From assembly GCA_017935245.1 (NCBI GenBank), contig JAGBHZ010000011.1:17919-81918 (forward strand): a DNA stretch of 64,000 nucleotides. Reading direction: 5' to 3'. A program made the translations under genes and the position numbers. Every line of letters starts with the position of its first letter. The first letter of the stretch is position 1. Below the pieces are notes generated by a model. That model was given only the letters and a program-made list of their open reading frames with translations. It was not told the origin of the DNA and made no database searches. This DNA comes from Alphaproteobacteria bacterium. GTDB taxonomy: Bacteria > Pseudomonadota > Alphaproteobacteria > Rs-D84. Of the stretch, positions 40,611 through 51,442 are shown in pieces.

Positions 40611-40973
40611 ATGAACCCAGAAAATAAAAATTTTGTTTTGGCAATGATTGATAAATTCCCAGTTTCGGTTAGAACACTGGATGATGCAACACTGTATCAT
40701 ATGGATTTACCAGATGGGCGACCGTTGGCCATATGCGCAGACATAACAACATTTGATACATCTTTTGCAATCATATATTATACAATTTCTATTGGGGACG
40801 ACATCCTTGAAGAAGCGGTCGTTGATACATCAAAGAAAAAAATTGATCCAGTTGCAAATGACATTATTCAAATAATGCGCGCATGCAGCGCAAAAATTAT
40901 GATGCAAGAAGCACATTTGACACATTCAGGGTTCATGGTACATTTGATATCAAATAGTAAAACAATGTCTTAA
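40611..40973 (+). CDS. Hypothetical small protein (tandem paralog 2)
   Basis: See 40250-40606. Confidence 0.5.
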   Translation: MNPENKNFVLAMIDKFPVSVRTLDDATLYHMDLPDGRPLAICADITTFDTSFAIIYYTISIGDDILEEAVVDTSKKKIDPVANDIIQIMRACSAKIMMQEAHLTHSGFMVHLISNSKTMS

Positions 40974-41692
40974 TCGGTGTGTGCAACACGACAAAACGTT
41001 ACGCCATATACCGCCGTTGCACCGGCCGATTTTAATACACGACTCAATTCTGAAAATGTCGCACCCGATGTCATTACATCATCAACCAATAATATCCTTT
41101 TGCCACGAATACAATCTGGACAATTTACAGTGAACACATTATGGATGTTTTCCATACGCTGGCGTGCGTTCAAATGCCCCATATCCGGTCGATATTTACG
41201 ATACACAGAATCATAGTCAATTTTAATCCCAAGTACACGCGCAATCGGGCGCGCCAATAATGTGGCCTGGTTATAGGCACGATGAAACAGACGACGCCGT
41301 GCCAGTGGTACCGGCATAATAATATCTATATCCGACAAATCAATATCGCGCAGTGCCCATATCATTGCACGCGACATGAAATGTGCATAAGATATACGGC
41401 CGGCATGCTTGAACGGTAACACCGCCATACGCGACGCGTCATCATAGACACACGCCGAACGTATCCAATCCAGTTCATTTTTACCCGATGCACATACCGG
41501 ACACATTGCACCATTTGGCATATCCATTGCAAACGGGTATCCACACCGAACGCATTTTGAACCATCAATCCAATTAAACGACGTCCAACAATCTGCACAC
41601 AATTCACCATGTGTTGATACCGGCGTGCCACACAGTGGACACGCCGGCGGAAACAAAAATTCAACAATCCTGTTCCGTAAATTCATTACCAC
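40970..41692 (-). CDS. comF: ComF-family protein (phosphoribosyltransferase domain)
   Basis: N-terminal CPLCG..CADC zinc finger and C-terminal ILLVDDVMTSGAT. Confidence 0.75.
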   Translation of the reverse strand: MVMNLRNRIVEFLFPPACPLCGTPVSTHGELCADCWTSFNWIDGSKCVRCGYPFAMDMPNGAMCPVCASGKNELDWIRSACVYDDASRMAVLPFKHAGRISYAHFMSRAMIWALRDIDLSDIDIIMPVPLARRRLFHRAYNQATLLARPIARVLGIKIDYDSVYRKYRPDMGHLNARQRMENIHNVFTVNCPDCIRGKRILLVDDVMTSGATFSELSRVLKSAGATAVYGVTFCRVAHTD

Positions 41693-42984
41693 GTCATACT
41701 TTTATACTTCTTGGACGAAAGTGTATCACCGAAAATATCACGCTTTTGCTGGGACAATGTTTCATATTGTTCATTTGAAATTACCCGCAAAACAAATCCG
41801 TCTTCGTTACGCTGGGACAGGACGGGAACAATACGTTGCTGGGACACACCGGTATCGCGTAAAACCTGTTCAACAATGGCCAGACGACGCGCCGTTAATT
41901 TACGTGTATCGGTATCTGTGGTTGAACGCGCCGGTATTGCAATCTGAATCGCACGCGTTGGATTATGAACAACAATGGCGGCATATTCACTTAACAAATT
42001 ATAATTATCGCGCGACAGGGCCGAATCTTCGTTACGGAAATTGATTTTGATTTCCAATGGACGGATGCCGGCATCTTCGCTTAAATCACGCGACGATGTA
42101 AATGAACCGGTACTGGTGCCCATATCACTGACCGTGTCATACGCGTCATCTATCTGGAACGTAGAAAGGTGTTTGTTTTCTGATAAAAATGTTTTACGAA
42201 ATGCACGACGCAATTCAGATGGACTCAATTTCGTCATATCGTCGCGAACCGCCGCAATGCGGGGGGATTCATTTTTTTCAACACTGCGCACAACAACATC
42301 GCGCGTTTCCATTGGGACAACCATACGACGAACCGATACCGTTTCCGGCGCAGCACTTGCAATTTTATGATTTTCCGTATTTTCTACAACCGGCACGATT
42401 GGTTCTTCTGCAATTGGACGGGCAATCACACGTGGTGCAATATTTTGTGCACGAACACTTTCGTCGGCGCGACGCTGTAATTCAACCAAGCGATTGATTT
42501 GTTCATCCAAATCGGATTTACGATTATTTTTCGCGGCACACGCCGGCGCAACATCGGGTGTGGTATTATACGCATATGTTGCCGGCATGGTTGATGCGTC
42601 CAAACTTTCTTCGGGCAATGCATCATCGCTGCGAAATACGGCAAATTCAGATGGATTTGGCATGCGTAATGGCGCGTCAATACCGCGGGGGGCGCCACTG
42701 CGCGCCCAAAGGTCATCACTGGGGCGGCGTGGCGCCAAAACATCATTAGACGCAACAATTTTTTCACCCATATCAACCGTCGTATTTTTTGGTGTGGCGG
42801 CACGCTTTACAGATGGACGTGCAACAACATTTTTTTTCGGCAACATGGGCGCCGAAACAGTTTCCCCAAATGCAGCACGTGCAGACACCGCGCCCGACGC
42901 CACGTTAACCACCGGCAAACGCGCATCGCCAAACGCCGGCACAGTTAACAAAAATGCCAAAACAGAAACAGTTATATGACGCAT
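41686..42984 (-). CDS. Secreted protein with degenerate OmpA-like C-terminal domain
   Basis: The start MRHITVSVLAFLLTVPAFG follows GGAAGGAAAGGA. C-terminus RKLTARRLAIVEQVLRDTGVSQQRIVPV. Confidence 0.45.
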   Translation of the reverse strand: MRHITVSVLAFLLTVPAFGDARLPVVNVASGAVSARAAFGETVSAPMLPKKNVVARPSVKRAATPKNTTVDMGEKIVASNDVLAPRRPSDDLWARSGAPRGIDAPLRMPNPSEFAVFRSDDALPEESLDASTMPATYAYNTTPDVAPACAAKNNRKSDLDEQINRLVELQRRADESVRAQNIAPRVIARPIAEEPIVPVVENTENHKIASAAPETVSVRRMVVPMETRDVVVRSVEKNESPRIAAVRDDMTKLSPSELRRAFRKTFLSENKHLSTFQIDDAYDTVSDMGTSTGSFTSSRDLSEDAGIRPLEIKINFRNEDSALSRDNYNLLSEYAAIVVHNPTRAIQIAIPARSTTDTDTRKLTARRLAIVEQVLRDTGVSQQRIVPVLSQRNEDGFVLRVISNEQYETLSQQKRDIFGDTLSSKKYKSMTW

Positions 42985-43065
42985 AATTCCTTTCCTTCCT
43001 GATTCAATCATAGAACAAATCATGAATTCGGTGCAAGTGGAAAAACACACTAATATCATTAAATA

Positions 43066-43095
43066 AAAACACCCGCATAATGCGGGTATTTTTTA
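43066..43095. terminator. Terminator after murG
   Basis: AAAAACACCCGCataaTGCGGGTATTTTTT. Confidence 0.7.
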
Positions 43096-44139
43096 TTTCA
43101 TTATTGCGTCCGATATCAGCGTTACCGCATTGTTTTCAACACGGGCCTTTTGCGCCATCTTTTGCAACCGCGACGGATTATCAAACAAATCAACCAATGT
43201 TGATGTCAACCACTTTTGTGTAAAACGGGATTGTTCAATCGCAAATCCACCACCGGTATGCGCAAATGATGCGGCATTGGCGGCCTGGTCTGGATTAATG
43301 TTCAGTGGCACCAATATCGCCGGACGACCAATCGTTTGTAATTCAATAACGGTTGATGCACCGCTGCGCCCGATTACCAGGTCTGCCCCTGCAATCGCAC
43401 CCGCCATGTCATTTATAAACGATAATACATTTGCGCGAATTTTATTATCTGCGTAAAACTTTTGCAGGCGCGCAACATTTTCAGGACGCGTTTGGTGGGT
43501 TACAAAAATCTTTTTGTTTTTCATCGCAACAACCGCACCGGGTACAACATCGTCTAATATCGTCGCCCCAAGTGATCCACCCGTTACCAAAAGACGCGAT
43601 TCATTTGGTAATTCCGCGCCCGCCATAGCCAATATTTCACGACGAACCGGCAGACCTGTATAAATCACACGCGCAGATGTATTAGATGGAATACCAGATA
43701 CGGTTGGAAAACTGGTCATCAATGTTTTGACCCAGCGCATTGTGAACTTATTCGCACGACCAATCGCCGCATTTTGTTCGTGCAAGAACGTTGGAATACC
43801 CCAAACATGCGCCGCAAATACCGCCGGCACAGATGCATATCCGCCAAATGCAACAACACGATCGGGCCGAAAAATCATAAAGCGCAATGTTAACGCAACC
43901 CCGGAAACACCGATTTTAAACAGCGCCCATAACTGCTTTAACCTGCCCTTGGCACCGACACCCGACGCCCAGACATGCGCCATACGCGTGCCCGCCGGAC
44001 GGGATGTGCGCACCATATTTTTTACACGACCATCACACGATATTGTTACACGTGCGCCACGCGACACCAATTCGGTCGCCACCGCCATGGCCGGAAAAAC
44101 ATGTCCGCCTGTTCCGCCCGTTGCAATCCATACCTTCAT
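43093..44139 (-). CDS. murG: UDP-N-acetylglucosamine--lipid I transferase MurG
   Basis: GGTGGHVFPA and TGGSLGA. The ATG at 44139 follows AAGGGGTG. Confidence 0.85.
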   Translation of the reverse strand: MKVWIATGGTGGHVFPAMAVATELVSRGARVTISCDGRVKNMVRTSRPAGTRMAHVWASGVGAKGRLKQLWALFKIGVSGVALTLRFMIFRPDRVVAFGGYASVPAVFAAHVWGIPTFLHEQNAAIGRANKFTMRWVKTLMTSFPTVSGIPSNTSARVIYTGLPVRREILAMAGAELPNESRLLVTGGSLGATILDDVVPGAVVAMKNKKIFVTHQTRPENVARLQKFYADNKIRANVLSFINDMAGAIAGADLVIGRSGASTVIELQTIGRPAILVPLNINPDQAANAASFAHTGGGFAIEQSRFTQKWLTSTLVDLFDNPSRLQKMAQKARVENNAVTLISDAIMK

Positions 44140-44156
44140 TACACACCCCTTAAATT

Positions 44157-45302
44157 CTATTTCCATTTATCTTCGCGAACAATTGCCAGTACCATACCAA
44201 ACAACAGGCAATAGCCCAAAAACGAACTGCCCCCGGACGAGATAAACGGTAATGTCATCCCCTTGGGCGGCATCAGGCCCAATGTTGTTGCCAGATTAAT
44301 ACAAATCTGGGTCGCAAAAAGTGCCGTCGTACCACCAACCGCATAGAAAACAAATAAATCACGCGCCGACATCGCTGTTACCGTTAATCGGCGAATAATT
44401 ATCAGCAATAAAACCAACACGCCACATGCCAATATCGCCCCCCAATCTTCGCACAGGGCCGCAAAAATAAAGTCTGTATGTGCGTCAGGTAACGATTCTT
44501 TGGCGAACGCTTCGTCCCCCATGCCGAACAATCCACCCTGGCGGATGGCATTAACGGAATAGCCGACCTGGGTCGTGGGGTCAAGTGGCTTGAAAAATTC
44601 CAGTACACGACGATGAACGTGCGGATGAAATAAAAACGCCAAAAAACCCAATCCAACCACCGAACCAATCATTGGAACTAAAATCTTGTTGGGCAAACCT
44701 GCAATAAAAAACATTGCGCCCACAACCGCCAAATACAACAGTGTTGTTCCAACATCGGGCTGCTTAAACAATATTAATAACACAATGCAAAATGGTATCA
44801 GGTATGTGTACCAACTTAGCCAGTTCGGACGCCATGCATCCGGGGACAGAAAAATATTTTCACCAAATTTTTCCTTCATCTTGGATAAAAACCACGCCGT
44901 CATTATTACCAAACCTGGCTTCATAATATCAGATGGCATTAACTGAATCCCGCCAATAACCGCCCATCGTTCGGAACCATGACTGGCCACGGGGTGAATT
45001 ACCGTCCACATCAGCAGCAGCAGGCACACCGCAACATTTGCACCCGCAATGGTCAGCACCCATTTTTTGTTTAGCATACTGGCCACGAACAGTGTGCCAA
45101 TTCCAACCACATAAAATGGCAACATTTTTTGCAAGAAGAAATACCATTCCCATCCCTTGCGCAGGGCCTGGACAGAACCGGCCGAAACAACACACATCAT
45201 GCCGATAAATATCAACGCCAAGACATAGCCCAGTAATTTACGATCTGTGCCATAGTACCAACTGGTGAATTTGCTGTCTTCGGTGCGTGTAATATCAAAC
45301 AT
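44157..45302 (-). CDS. ftsW: SEDS-family peptidoglycan polymerase FtsW
   Basis: Ten-TM-like profile, GMTLPFISSGGSSFLG, dcw context. Confidence 0.8.
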   Translation of the reverse strand: MFDITRTEDSKFTSWYYGTDRKLLGYVLALIFIGMMCVVSAGSVQALRKGWEWYFFLQKMLPFYVVGIGTLFVASMLNKKWVLTIAGANVAVCLLLLMWTVIHPVASHGSERWAVIGGIQLMPSDIMKPGLVIMTAWFLSKMKEKFGENIFLSPDAWRPNWLSWYTYLIPFCIVLLILFKQPDVGTTLLYLAVVGAMFFIAGLPNKILVPMIGSVVGLGFLAFLFHPHVHRRVLEFFKPLDPTTQVGYSVNAIRQGGLFGMGDEAFAKESLPDAHTDFIFAALCEDWGAILACGVLVLLLIIIRRLTVTAMSARDLFVFYAVGGTTALFATQICINLATTLGLMPPKGMTLPFISSGGSSFLGYCLLFGMVLAIVREDKWK

Positions 45303-45323
45303 GACCCCGTGCCCCCACAGATA

Positions 45324-46415
45324 TTATGCAAACTTTAATAACGCCAACGCCAGGCCAGAAAACAAAACCGACATGATGAAAAATCTGTCTACGATTTTTG
45401 TTTCGCCCCAGCCTAATTCTTCGAAATGATGATGCAATGGCGCACGCAAAAATATGCGACGTCCCGTACCCGTCATGCGACGCGATAATTTAAAAAACAT
45501 TGTCTGGCTAAATGATGACAGCAATATTAAAACCATCATCCCCGCCGCAACGCCCATTATAATTTCAGACTTTAACAGCATGGATACCGTACCCATAAAT
45601 CCACCCAACGCCAGTGAACCAACATCACCCATGAATATAGATGCCGGTTTTGCATTATACCATAAAAATCCCAGTACCGCGCCAAATGCCGCACCCAATA
45701 CGGCGTACAGACCACTGGCCGATGGTAAAAACATAACGGTGTCCATAAATCCAATGCGCGTTGCACCATAAAGCGCAACCACCAACACAACCAATACCGG
45801 CATGTACAGTTTCGCCAACATTCCATCCAAACCATCGGTAATATTGGTCGCATTTGCACCACCACAGATTACAAAATACGCAAACACATAATACAAAATA
45901 CCCAATGGCAAAATTATCCCCGAACCAATCGCCAGTGAATATTCTGGGATATATGGCGGCATGGTCAGATTAATTAAATATGCCAGGATAACAACAAATA
46001 TCCCCTCAATAAAAAGACGCATGGCCGGTGTCAGACCATTTGATGCCTTTTTAGATTGTGATGTAACCTTTTTATAATCATCGGCAAACCCAAGTGTTCC
46101 AAACATTACCAATGATAATAACGCAATCCAGCCCGGCAAATTATTGCGCAGCGGCATAAATAATAGTGCACCCATTAAAATTGCAATAATAACCAATATC
46201 CCACCCATTGTTGGGGTACCGGCCTTTTTACGATGGGTATCAGGAACATTTTCACTGATTGGTTGGCCACGTTTTTGCCATGCATGCATTGCACGAATAA
46301 ATGGGCGCCCAAATAACAACATTACCAAAAACGCCACACCAAATGCCGCGCCAAACTGCATCCAGCCACTGGCAAAAAACGACAAACCGTGGGATAAAAA
46401 ATAATCGGTCAGCAT
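45324..46415 (-). CDS. mraY: Phospho-N-acetylmuramoyl-pentapeptide transferase MraY
   Basis: NATNITDGLDGM and PLHHHFE. Confidence 0.9.
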   Translation of the reverse strand: MLTDYFLSHGLSFFASGWMQFGAAFGVAFLVMLLFGRPFIRAMHAWQKRGQPISENVPDTHRKKAGTPTMGGILVIIAILMGALLFMPLRNNLPGWIALLSLVMFGTLGFADDYKKVTSQSKKASNGLTPAMRLFIEGIFVVILAYLINLTMPPYIPEYSLAIGSGIILPLGILYYVFAYFVICGGANATNITDGLDGMLAKLYMPVLVVLVVALYGATRIGFMDTVMFLPSASGLYAVLGAAFGAVLGFLWYNAKPASIFMGDVGSLALGGFMGTVSMLLKSEIIMGVAAGMMVLILLSSFSQTMFFKLSRRMTGTGRRIFLRAPLHHHFEELGWGETKIVDRFFIMSVLFSGLALALLKFA

Positions 46416-46478
46416 GATTACAACTCCTTTGCCTTGCTATGTGGATTATTTTATCACATAAAAATATGAAAATAAACG

Positions 46479-46781
46479 TTATTTAATTGAACATTCTATC
46501 ATTGTTTCATCCGGCCCCAGGAACATTGTCCACAAATTTCCTTTGCCCCACAAAATAATATTTGTAGAATTCCACATACCAACGTATTTGGCACCAGACG
46601 CACTGGGCGACAATACCAAATCAACCGCATCACCAGAAACAACCGCGTTCATTACATTACCGTCATCGGACATAGACATCTCTAAATCATAATTACCACA
46701 CAAATATTGTGTATTGGTTTTCGTGCCATCACACGCCGCACACATACCAATTACCGACGCCAACATCATTGCTTTTTTCAT
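46479..46781 (-). CDS. MliC-family lipoprotein (C-type lysozyme inhibitor-like)
   Basis: Lipobox VIGMCAAC, SPSASGAKY, WGKGN, terminal Cys. The ATG at 46781 follows GGAAAAGGA. Confidence 0.6.
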   Translation of the reverse strand: MKKAMMLASVIGMCAACDGTKTNTQYLCGNYDLEMSMSDDGNVMNAVVSGDAVDLVLSPSASGAKYVGMWNSTNIILWGKGNLWTMFLGPDETMIECSIK

Positions 46782-46797
46782 AACATCTATCCTTTTC

Positions 46798-48843
46798 CTA
46801 AAACACACCGCCGACAACCGCACTGGACACGGATTTCTTTACCGTTGGGGCCGGATTTGGTTTTTGACCGGGTTTAAATGCTTCGTTTATAATCGTACCA
46901 TTTGAATCCAATGATGCCGCAACACCGGTGGCACGATTAACGCGCATAAATGTTAGGCCATCAGGAACAGAAAATGGTTGATTTTTTTCGTCCGCCAGGG
47001 CCGTTTTCATAAAGTCTGCAAATACGCGTGCCGCCATATGGGAACCCGCACCCCGCCCCAATGATTTTGGATTATCAAACCCCAGATATACGCCCGCAAT
47101 TAAATTCTTGGAAAAGCCGACAAACCATACATCTTTGACATCGTTTGTTGTACCGGTTTTGCCCGCAATTGTATGTCCGGGGACCCGCGCCTGTTTCCCG
47201 GTACCACGTTCAACCGCGCCCTGTAAAATAGACACCATTTGGTATAAACTTTGTGGATCCGACAATGGCGCAGATTCATCTGTAACAGATGGTGGTAACA
47301 AATCAGGCGACCAATCAATTAATTCTAATTCTGTGCCCCCAACAACACGACCATATCGGTCGGCAATATAATCAACCATTTTTGGCGTTATCGCACGCCC
47401 ACCATTTACAAATGCAGAATATCCCAATACTAATTTTTCAAGTGTCGTCTCGCCCGAACCCAACGCCATGGACAAATTAATATTTTCCATATCAGCGGGA
47501 TAGACACCGAAACGCTGGGCGGCCGCGATTGCGTTTTGTTCACCAATACTTTGCACCAGACGCACCGTCGGCACATTGCGTGATGTTTCAAGCGACAATC
47601 GCAATGGTACATCGCCCAGGAACTTCTTATCATAATTTTCAGGCTTCCATTCACTTAAATCTGCGCGAATACCAACGATTGGCGCATCCAGCAATAATGT
47701 TTGCGGGGTATATCCACGTTCCAATGCCGCCAGATATACAAATGGTTTTATGGTGGAACCAACCTGGCGATATGCCTGGGTGGCGCGGTTGAACGAACTG
47801 TCCCGGAAAGAACGACCGCCAACCATGGCCAAAATGCGCCCTGTGTGTGGATTCATTGCAATTAATGCCCCCTGGAGGGGTTCTGAATCTGGATGATTTT
47901 TGTTGTACGCATCCAATTCCTTGGCCAGGGCGGCGGTTGCCGCACGCTGAAATTCGGGGTTAATTGTTGTTTTGATATAAAGACCCTGGTTATATAAAAC
48001 CTCGCGCCCAAGGGTGCGTAACAATTGACGACGGACATCTTCGGCAAAGTATTGGAATTCTTCGGCCATCTGGGCGGTAAAGCCACTGTTGATATTTAAT
48101 TCTTCGGCCGCGGCAATGTCGGCATCGGATTGGGTTATGTAGCCCTCTTCTACCATGCGGCGCAGGACATAGTTGCGACGTTCAATCGCGTTTTCACGAT
48201 TGTTTGGCGCCTTGGGCAGGGATGCCAAAAACGCACACTGGGCCAATGATAATTCAGACACCGGTTTATTAAAATACATCAGTGCGGCCGACCCAACCCC
48301 ATACGCACGCGCCCCCAGGAATATCTGGTTCAGGTACAGGGTTAAAATATGCTGTTTTGAAAATGTACGTTCCAGACGCAGGGCCAAAATTGCTTCTTTG
48401 ATTTTACGGGAAATGGTGCGTTCAGATGATAAAAAGAAATTCTTGGCAACCTGTTGCGTGATGGTTGATGCGCCAGAAAAGCGGGTGTTATACCCCATCA
48501 TACGCATTGCGTTGTTTGTGGCGGCACGAATTATCCCCTGGATATCAATGCCGGGATGCGTCCAGAAATTCTGGTCTTCAGCGGCGATAAATGCGTTAAC
48601 CAATTGTGGTGGCATGTCATCATAATCGATAAAGACACGACGTTCTTCGGCATATTCAATCAGTAATGATCCGTCCGCCGCATAAAGGCGCGTTGCCACC
48701 GGTGGCGCATATGTCGCCAGGTTTTTATAATCTGGCAAATCATTACCGTATATCAAAACCAATGCCGCCAACGCAGCCATACCCGCGGTAAAGCACCAGA
48801 ATACAATATTAAAAAATATGCGCAAAATCTTTTTAAGTTTCAT
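46798..48843 (-). CDS. mrcA: Class A penicillin-binding protein (PBP1A)
   Basis: GT51 motif AAEDQNFWTHPGID and transpeptidase motifs STIKP, SRN and KTGT. Confidence 0.9.
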   Translation of the reverse strand: MKLKKILRIFFNIVFWCFTAGMAALAALVLIYGNDLPDYKNLATYAPPVATRLYAADGSLLIEYAEERRVFIDYDDMPPQLVNAFIAAEDQNFWTHPGIDIQGIIRAATNNAMRMMGYNTRFSGASTITQQVAKNFFLSSERTISRKIKEAILALRLERTFSKQHILTLYLNQIFLGARAYGVGSAALMYFNKPVSELSLAQCAFLASLPKAPNNRENAIERRNYVLRRMVEEGYITQSDADIAAAEELNINSGFTAQMAEEFQYFAEDVRRQLLRTLGREVLYNQGLYIKTTINPEFQRAATAALAKELDAYNKNHPDSEPLQGALIAMNPHTGRILAMVGGRSFRDSSFNRATQAYRQVGSTIKPFVYLAALERGYTPQTLLLDAPIVGIRADLSEWKPENYDKKFLGDVPLRLSLETSRNVPTVRLVQSIGEQNAIAAAQRFGVYPADMENINLSMALGSGETTLEKLVLGYSAFVNGGRAITPKMVDYIADRYGRVVGGTELELIDWSPDLLPPSVTDESAPLSDPQSLYQMVSILQGAVERGTGKQARVPGHTIAGKTGTTNDVKDVWFVGFSKNLIAGVYLGFDNPKSLGRGAGSHMAARVFADFMKTALADEKNQPFSVPDGLTFMRVNRATGVAASLDSNGTIINEAFKPGQKPNPAPTVKKSVSSAVVGGVF

Positions 48844-48946
48844 AGGTTAAATTTTAGGACAAAGACGCACGTTTTGCAAGCAACAAAACAATCCCCAAAA
48901 AAGGGGATTGTTCTTGGGTTTTTACAAATAAAACCTTTATCAAATG

Positions 48947-51349
48947 TTATAGTGTTGCACGAACTTCTTCTACCTCGTAACATTCGACACGGTCGCCTTC
49001 TTTTAAGTCATTATATTTATCAAAAGACATACCAAATTCAACACCGCCGGATACTTCTTTGACCTCGTTCTTTTCGCGGCGCAGTTCGCCAATCTTGCCA
49101 TCGTATATAACGACATTGTTGCGCAACAGACGTACAAAAGCATCTTTTTTGATTGTACCTTCGCTCATCCGGCAACCGGCAACACGTGTGCCCTTGCCGA
49201 CCGTGAACAATGCAATAACATCGGCATATCCGATAAAGTTTTCCCGACGTTCTGGGGCCAATTTACCCGACAGGATTTCTTTGATTTCATCTGTAATGCG
49301 ATATACAACACTGTGGTATCTGATATCAACATTGTTGTTACGCGCCATGTCGCGAACCACAGAATCCGCACGAACGTTAAATGCAATAATAACCGCACCG
49401 GATGCCGTGGCCAGGCGTATATCGCCTTCGGTAATCTGTCCAACACCCGATGACAGGATATCTACACCAACCTTGTCCGTGTTAATGTCTTTTAACATGT
49501 CATTAATTGCTTCGACCGAACCCTGAACGTCCGCACGCAAAATAACCGGCAAAATTAATTTCTTAGACTCATCACGTTTTGCAAATAATTCTTCCAGACT
49601 GGAACGTTTAACGGCGTTTGCTTTGTCCTTGGCCTGTTGTGCACGATATGCGGCAACTTCGCGTGTTTGTGCATCTGTTTCCATTACGCGCAATTCATCA
49701 CCGGCACTGGGGACCGAATCCAGTCCCAAGACAACCGCGGGCTGCCCCGGTTTAACAGATTTAACACGCGTGCCATCGGAACCAATCAGGCCACGCACAC
49801 GACCAAATGTTTCACCAACAACGAACACGTCGCCAATTTTCAAGGTTCCTTGGCGCATCAGAATTGTTGCAACCGCGCCCAGGCCTTTTTCCATTTTTGC
49901 TTCGACAACGTATGCAACGGCGGGCATTTCTGCGTCTGCCTTTAATTCCATCATTTCTGCCTGTAACAAAATCGCTTCTTCTAATTTGTCCAGACCAATT
50001 TTTTTCGTCGCAGAAATTTCAACGCATTGAACATCGCCACCCATTTCTTCGACCTGAACTTCCTGTTGCAACAGGTCCATTTTTACACGTTGTGCATTTG
50101 CCTGGGGCAGGTCGATTTTATTAATCGCCACGATAAACGGTACACCTGCGGCGCGAATATGGTTAATTGCTTCGATTGTCTGGGGCATAATTGAATCGTT
50201 TGCCGCCACCACCAGAACAACAATGTCCGCCATCTGGGCACCACGTGCACGCATTGCAGTAAATGTTTCATGTCCCGGTGTGTCCAAGAACGTAATCATT
50301 TGCCCCGATTTTGTTTTTACTTCGTACGAAGAAATATGCTGGGTAATACCACCCGCTTCGCCGGCAACAACGTTTGCATTACGGAACGCGTCCAGTAATG
50401 ATGTCTTGCCATGATCAACATGTCCCACAACGGTAACAACCGGTGCGCGTGGGGTCATTTTTTCTGGATTCGGTTCACGTTCCAACTGGTCGGCATATGG
50501 TTTTACAACAACACGCTTTACCGTTGCGCCAAATTCAGACGCAATTAATTCGGCGGTATCGGCATCAATAGACTGATTCATTGACACCATCATACCCATT
50601 TCCATTAATTTTTTAATAACATTTCCGACCTTTTCCGCCATTGCATTTGCTAAATCTTTTACGGTAATCGTATCCCCAAGATTTACCACACGTTCAACCT
50701 TTTGTGGGGCAGAAAACACTGCGCGCGCTTTTTCGCGGAAACGTTTTAACGACGCTTCGGAACGGCGACGATTTGCCCCCCGTAACCCGATTTCATCGTC
50801 ATCATCATCACCGCCCATAACGATATCGTGAATCGAAATCTTGCCCGATTTTTTGAAATCCTTCTTAGAATGTTTATTTGGACGTGCGTCTTCGTCATCG
50901 ACATTAGCACGATTTTTGCGTGATGCACCAGCCACTGCATTATTTGTAAATGTTTTTTGTGGGGCGGGTGCTGGTTTATTGCGTGGCTTTGCGTCTTCTT
51001 CGGCATCTGACACGGCCGATACATTTTCACGTGCGGCCAATTGTTCGCGCACCTGTTCGTATTCGCGTTCTTCGCGTTCTATTTCTGCAGCGCGTTTTGC
51101 GGCGGCGGCGGCTTCGGCGGCTTCACGTGCCTTGCGTTCTTCTTCGCGTGCCTTGGCGGCGGCCAGAACCGCGCGTAATTTTTCATCGGCGGCATTTTTT
51201 GGTGTGGCCGATGGTGCCTTGGGCTCCTCGCGCAGTTCGTTGCTGCCGGGGGCAACAACACGACGACGGCGTTCAACGAACACCGCGTCGCCTTTTTTGC
51301 TGTGCACCGCGTCAATTGTTACAGATTTTCCAAGTGTCAGTGTTGCCAT
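48947..51349 (-). CDS. infB: Translation initiation factor IF-2
   Basis: [17 protein letters not shown] and NKID. Ala/Glu/Lys-rich N-terminus. Confidence 0.95.
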   Translation of the reverse strand: MATLTLGKSVTIDAVHSKKGDAVFVERRRRVVAPGSNELREEPKAPSATPKNAADEKLRAVLAAAKAREEERKAREAAEAAAAAKRAAEIEREEREYEQVREQLAARENVSAVSDAEEDAKPRNKPAPAPQKTFTNNAVAGASRKNRANVDDEDARPNKHSKKDFKKSGKISIHDIVMGGDDDDDEIGLRGANRRRSEASLKRFREKARAVFSAPQKVERVVNLGDTITVKDLANAMAEKVGNVIKKLMEMGMMVSMNQSIDADTAELIASEFGATVKRVVVKPYADQLEREPNPEKMTPRAPVVTVVGHVDHGKTSLLDAFRNANVVAGEAGGITQHISSYEVKTKSGQMITFLDTPGHETFTAMRARGAQMADIVVLVVAANDSIMPQTIEAINHIRAAGVPFIVAINKIDLPQANAQRVKMDLLQQEVQVEEMGGDVQCVEISATKKIGLDKLEEAILLQAEMMELKADAEMPAVAYVVEAKMEKGLGAVATILMRQGTLKIGDVFVVGETFGRVRGLIGSDGTRVKSVKPGQPAVVLGLDSVPSAGDELRVMETDAQTREVAAYRAQQAKDKANAVKRSSLEELFAKRDESKKLILPVILRADVQGSVEAINDMLKDINTDKVGVDILSSGVGQITEGDIRLATASGAVIIAFNVRADSVVRDMARNNNVDIRYHSVVYRITDEIKEILSGKLAPERRENFIGYADVIALFTVGKGTRVAGCRMSEGTIKKDAFVRLLRNNVVIYDGKIGELRREKNEVKEVSGGVEFGMSFDKYNDLKEGDRVECYEVEEVRATL

Positions 51350-51378
51350 AAAAATTCACTCCGTTCGTAATTTGCATT

Positions 51379-51441
51379 GTTCAAAGTTCAAAGTTCAAAT
51401 AATGTTATCATCATCTGAACTTTGTACTATGCACTTTGAAC
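51379..51441 (-). other. Two-helix (9 + 9 bp) hairpin in the nusA-infB spacer
   Basis: GTTCAAAGT:ACTTTGAAC and CAAAGTTCA:TGAACTTTG pair, with an 18-nt loop and an 8-nt internal loop. No U-tract follows. Confidence 0.6.
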
Positions 51442-51442
51442 T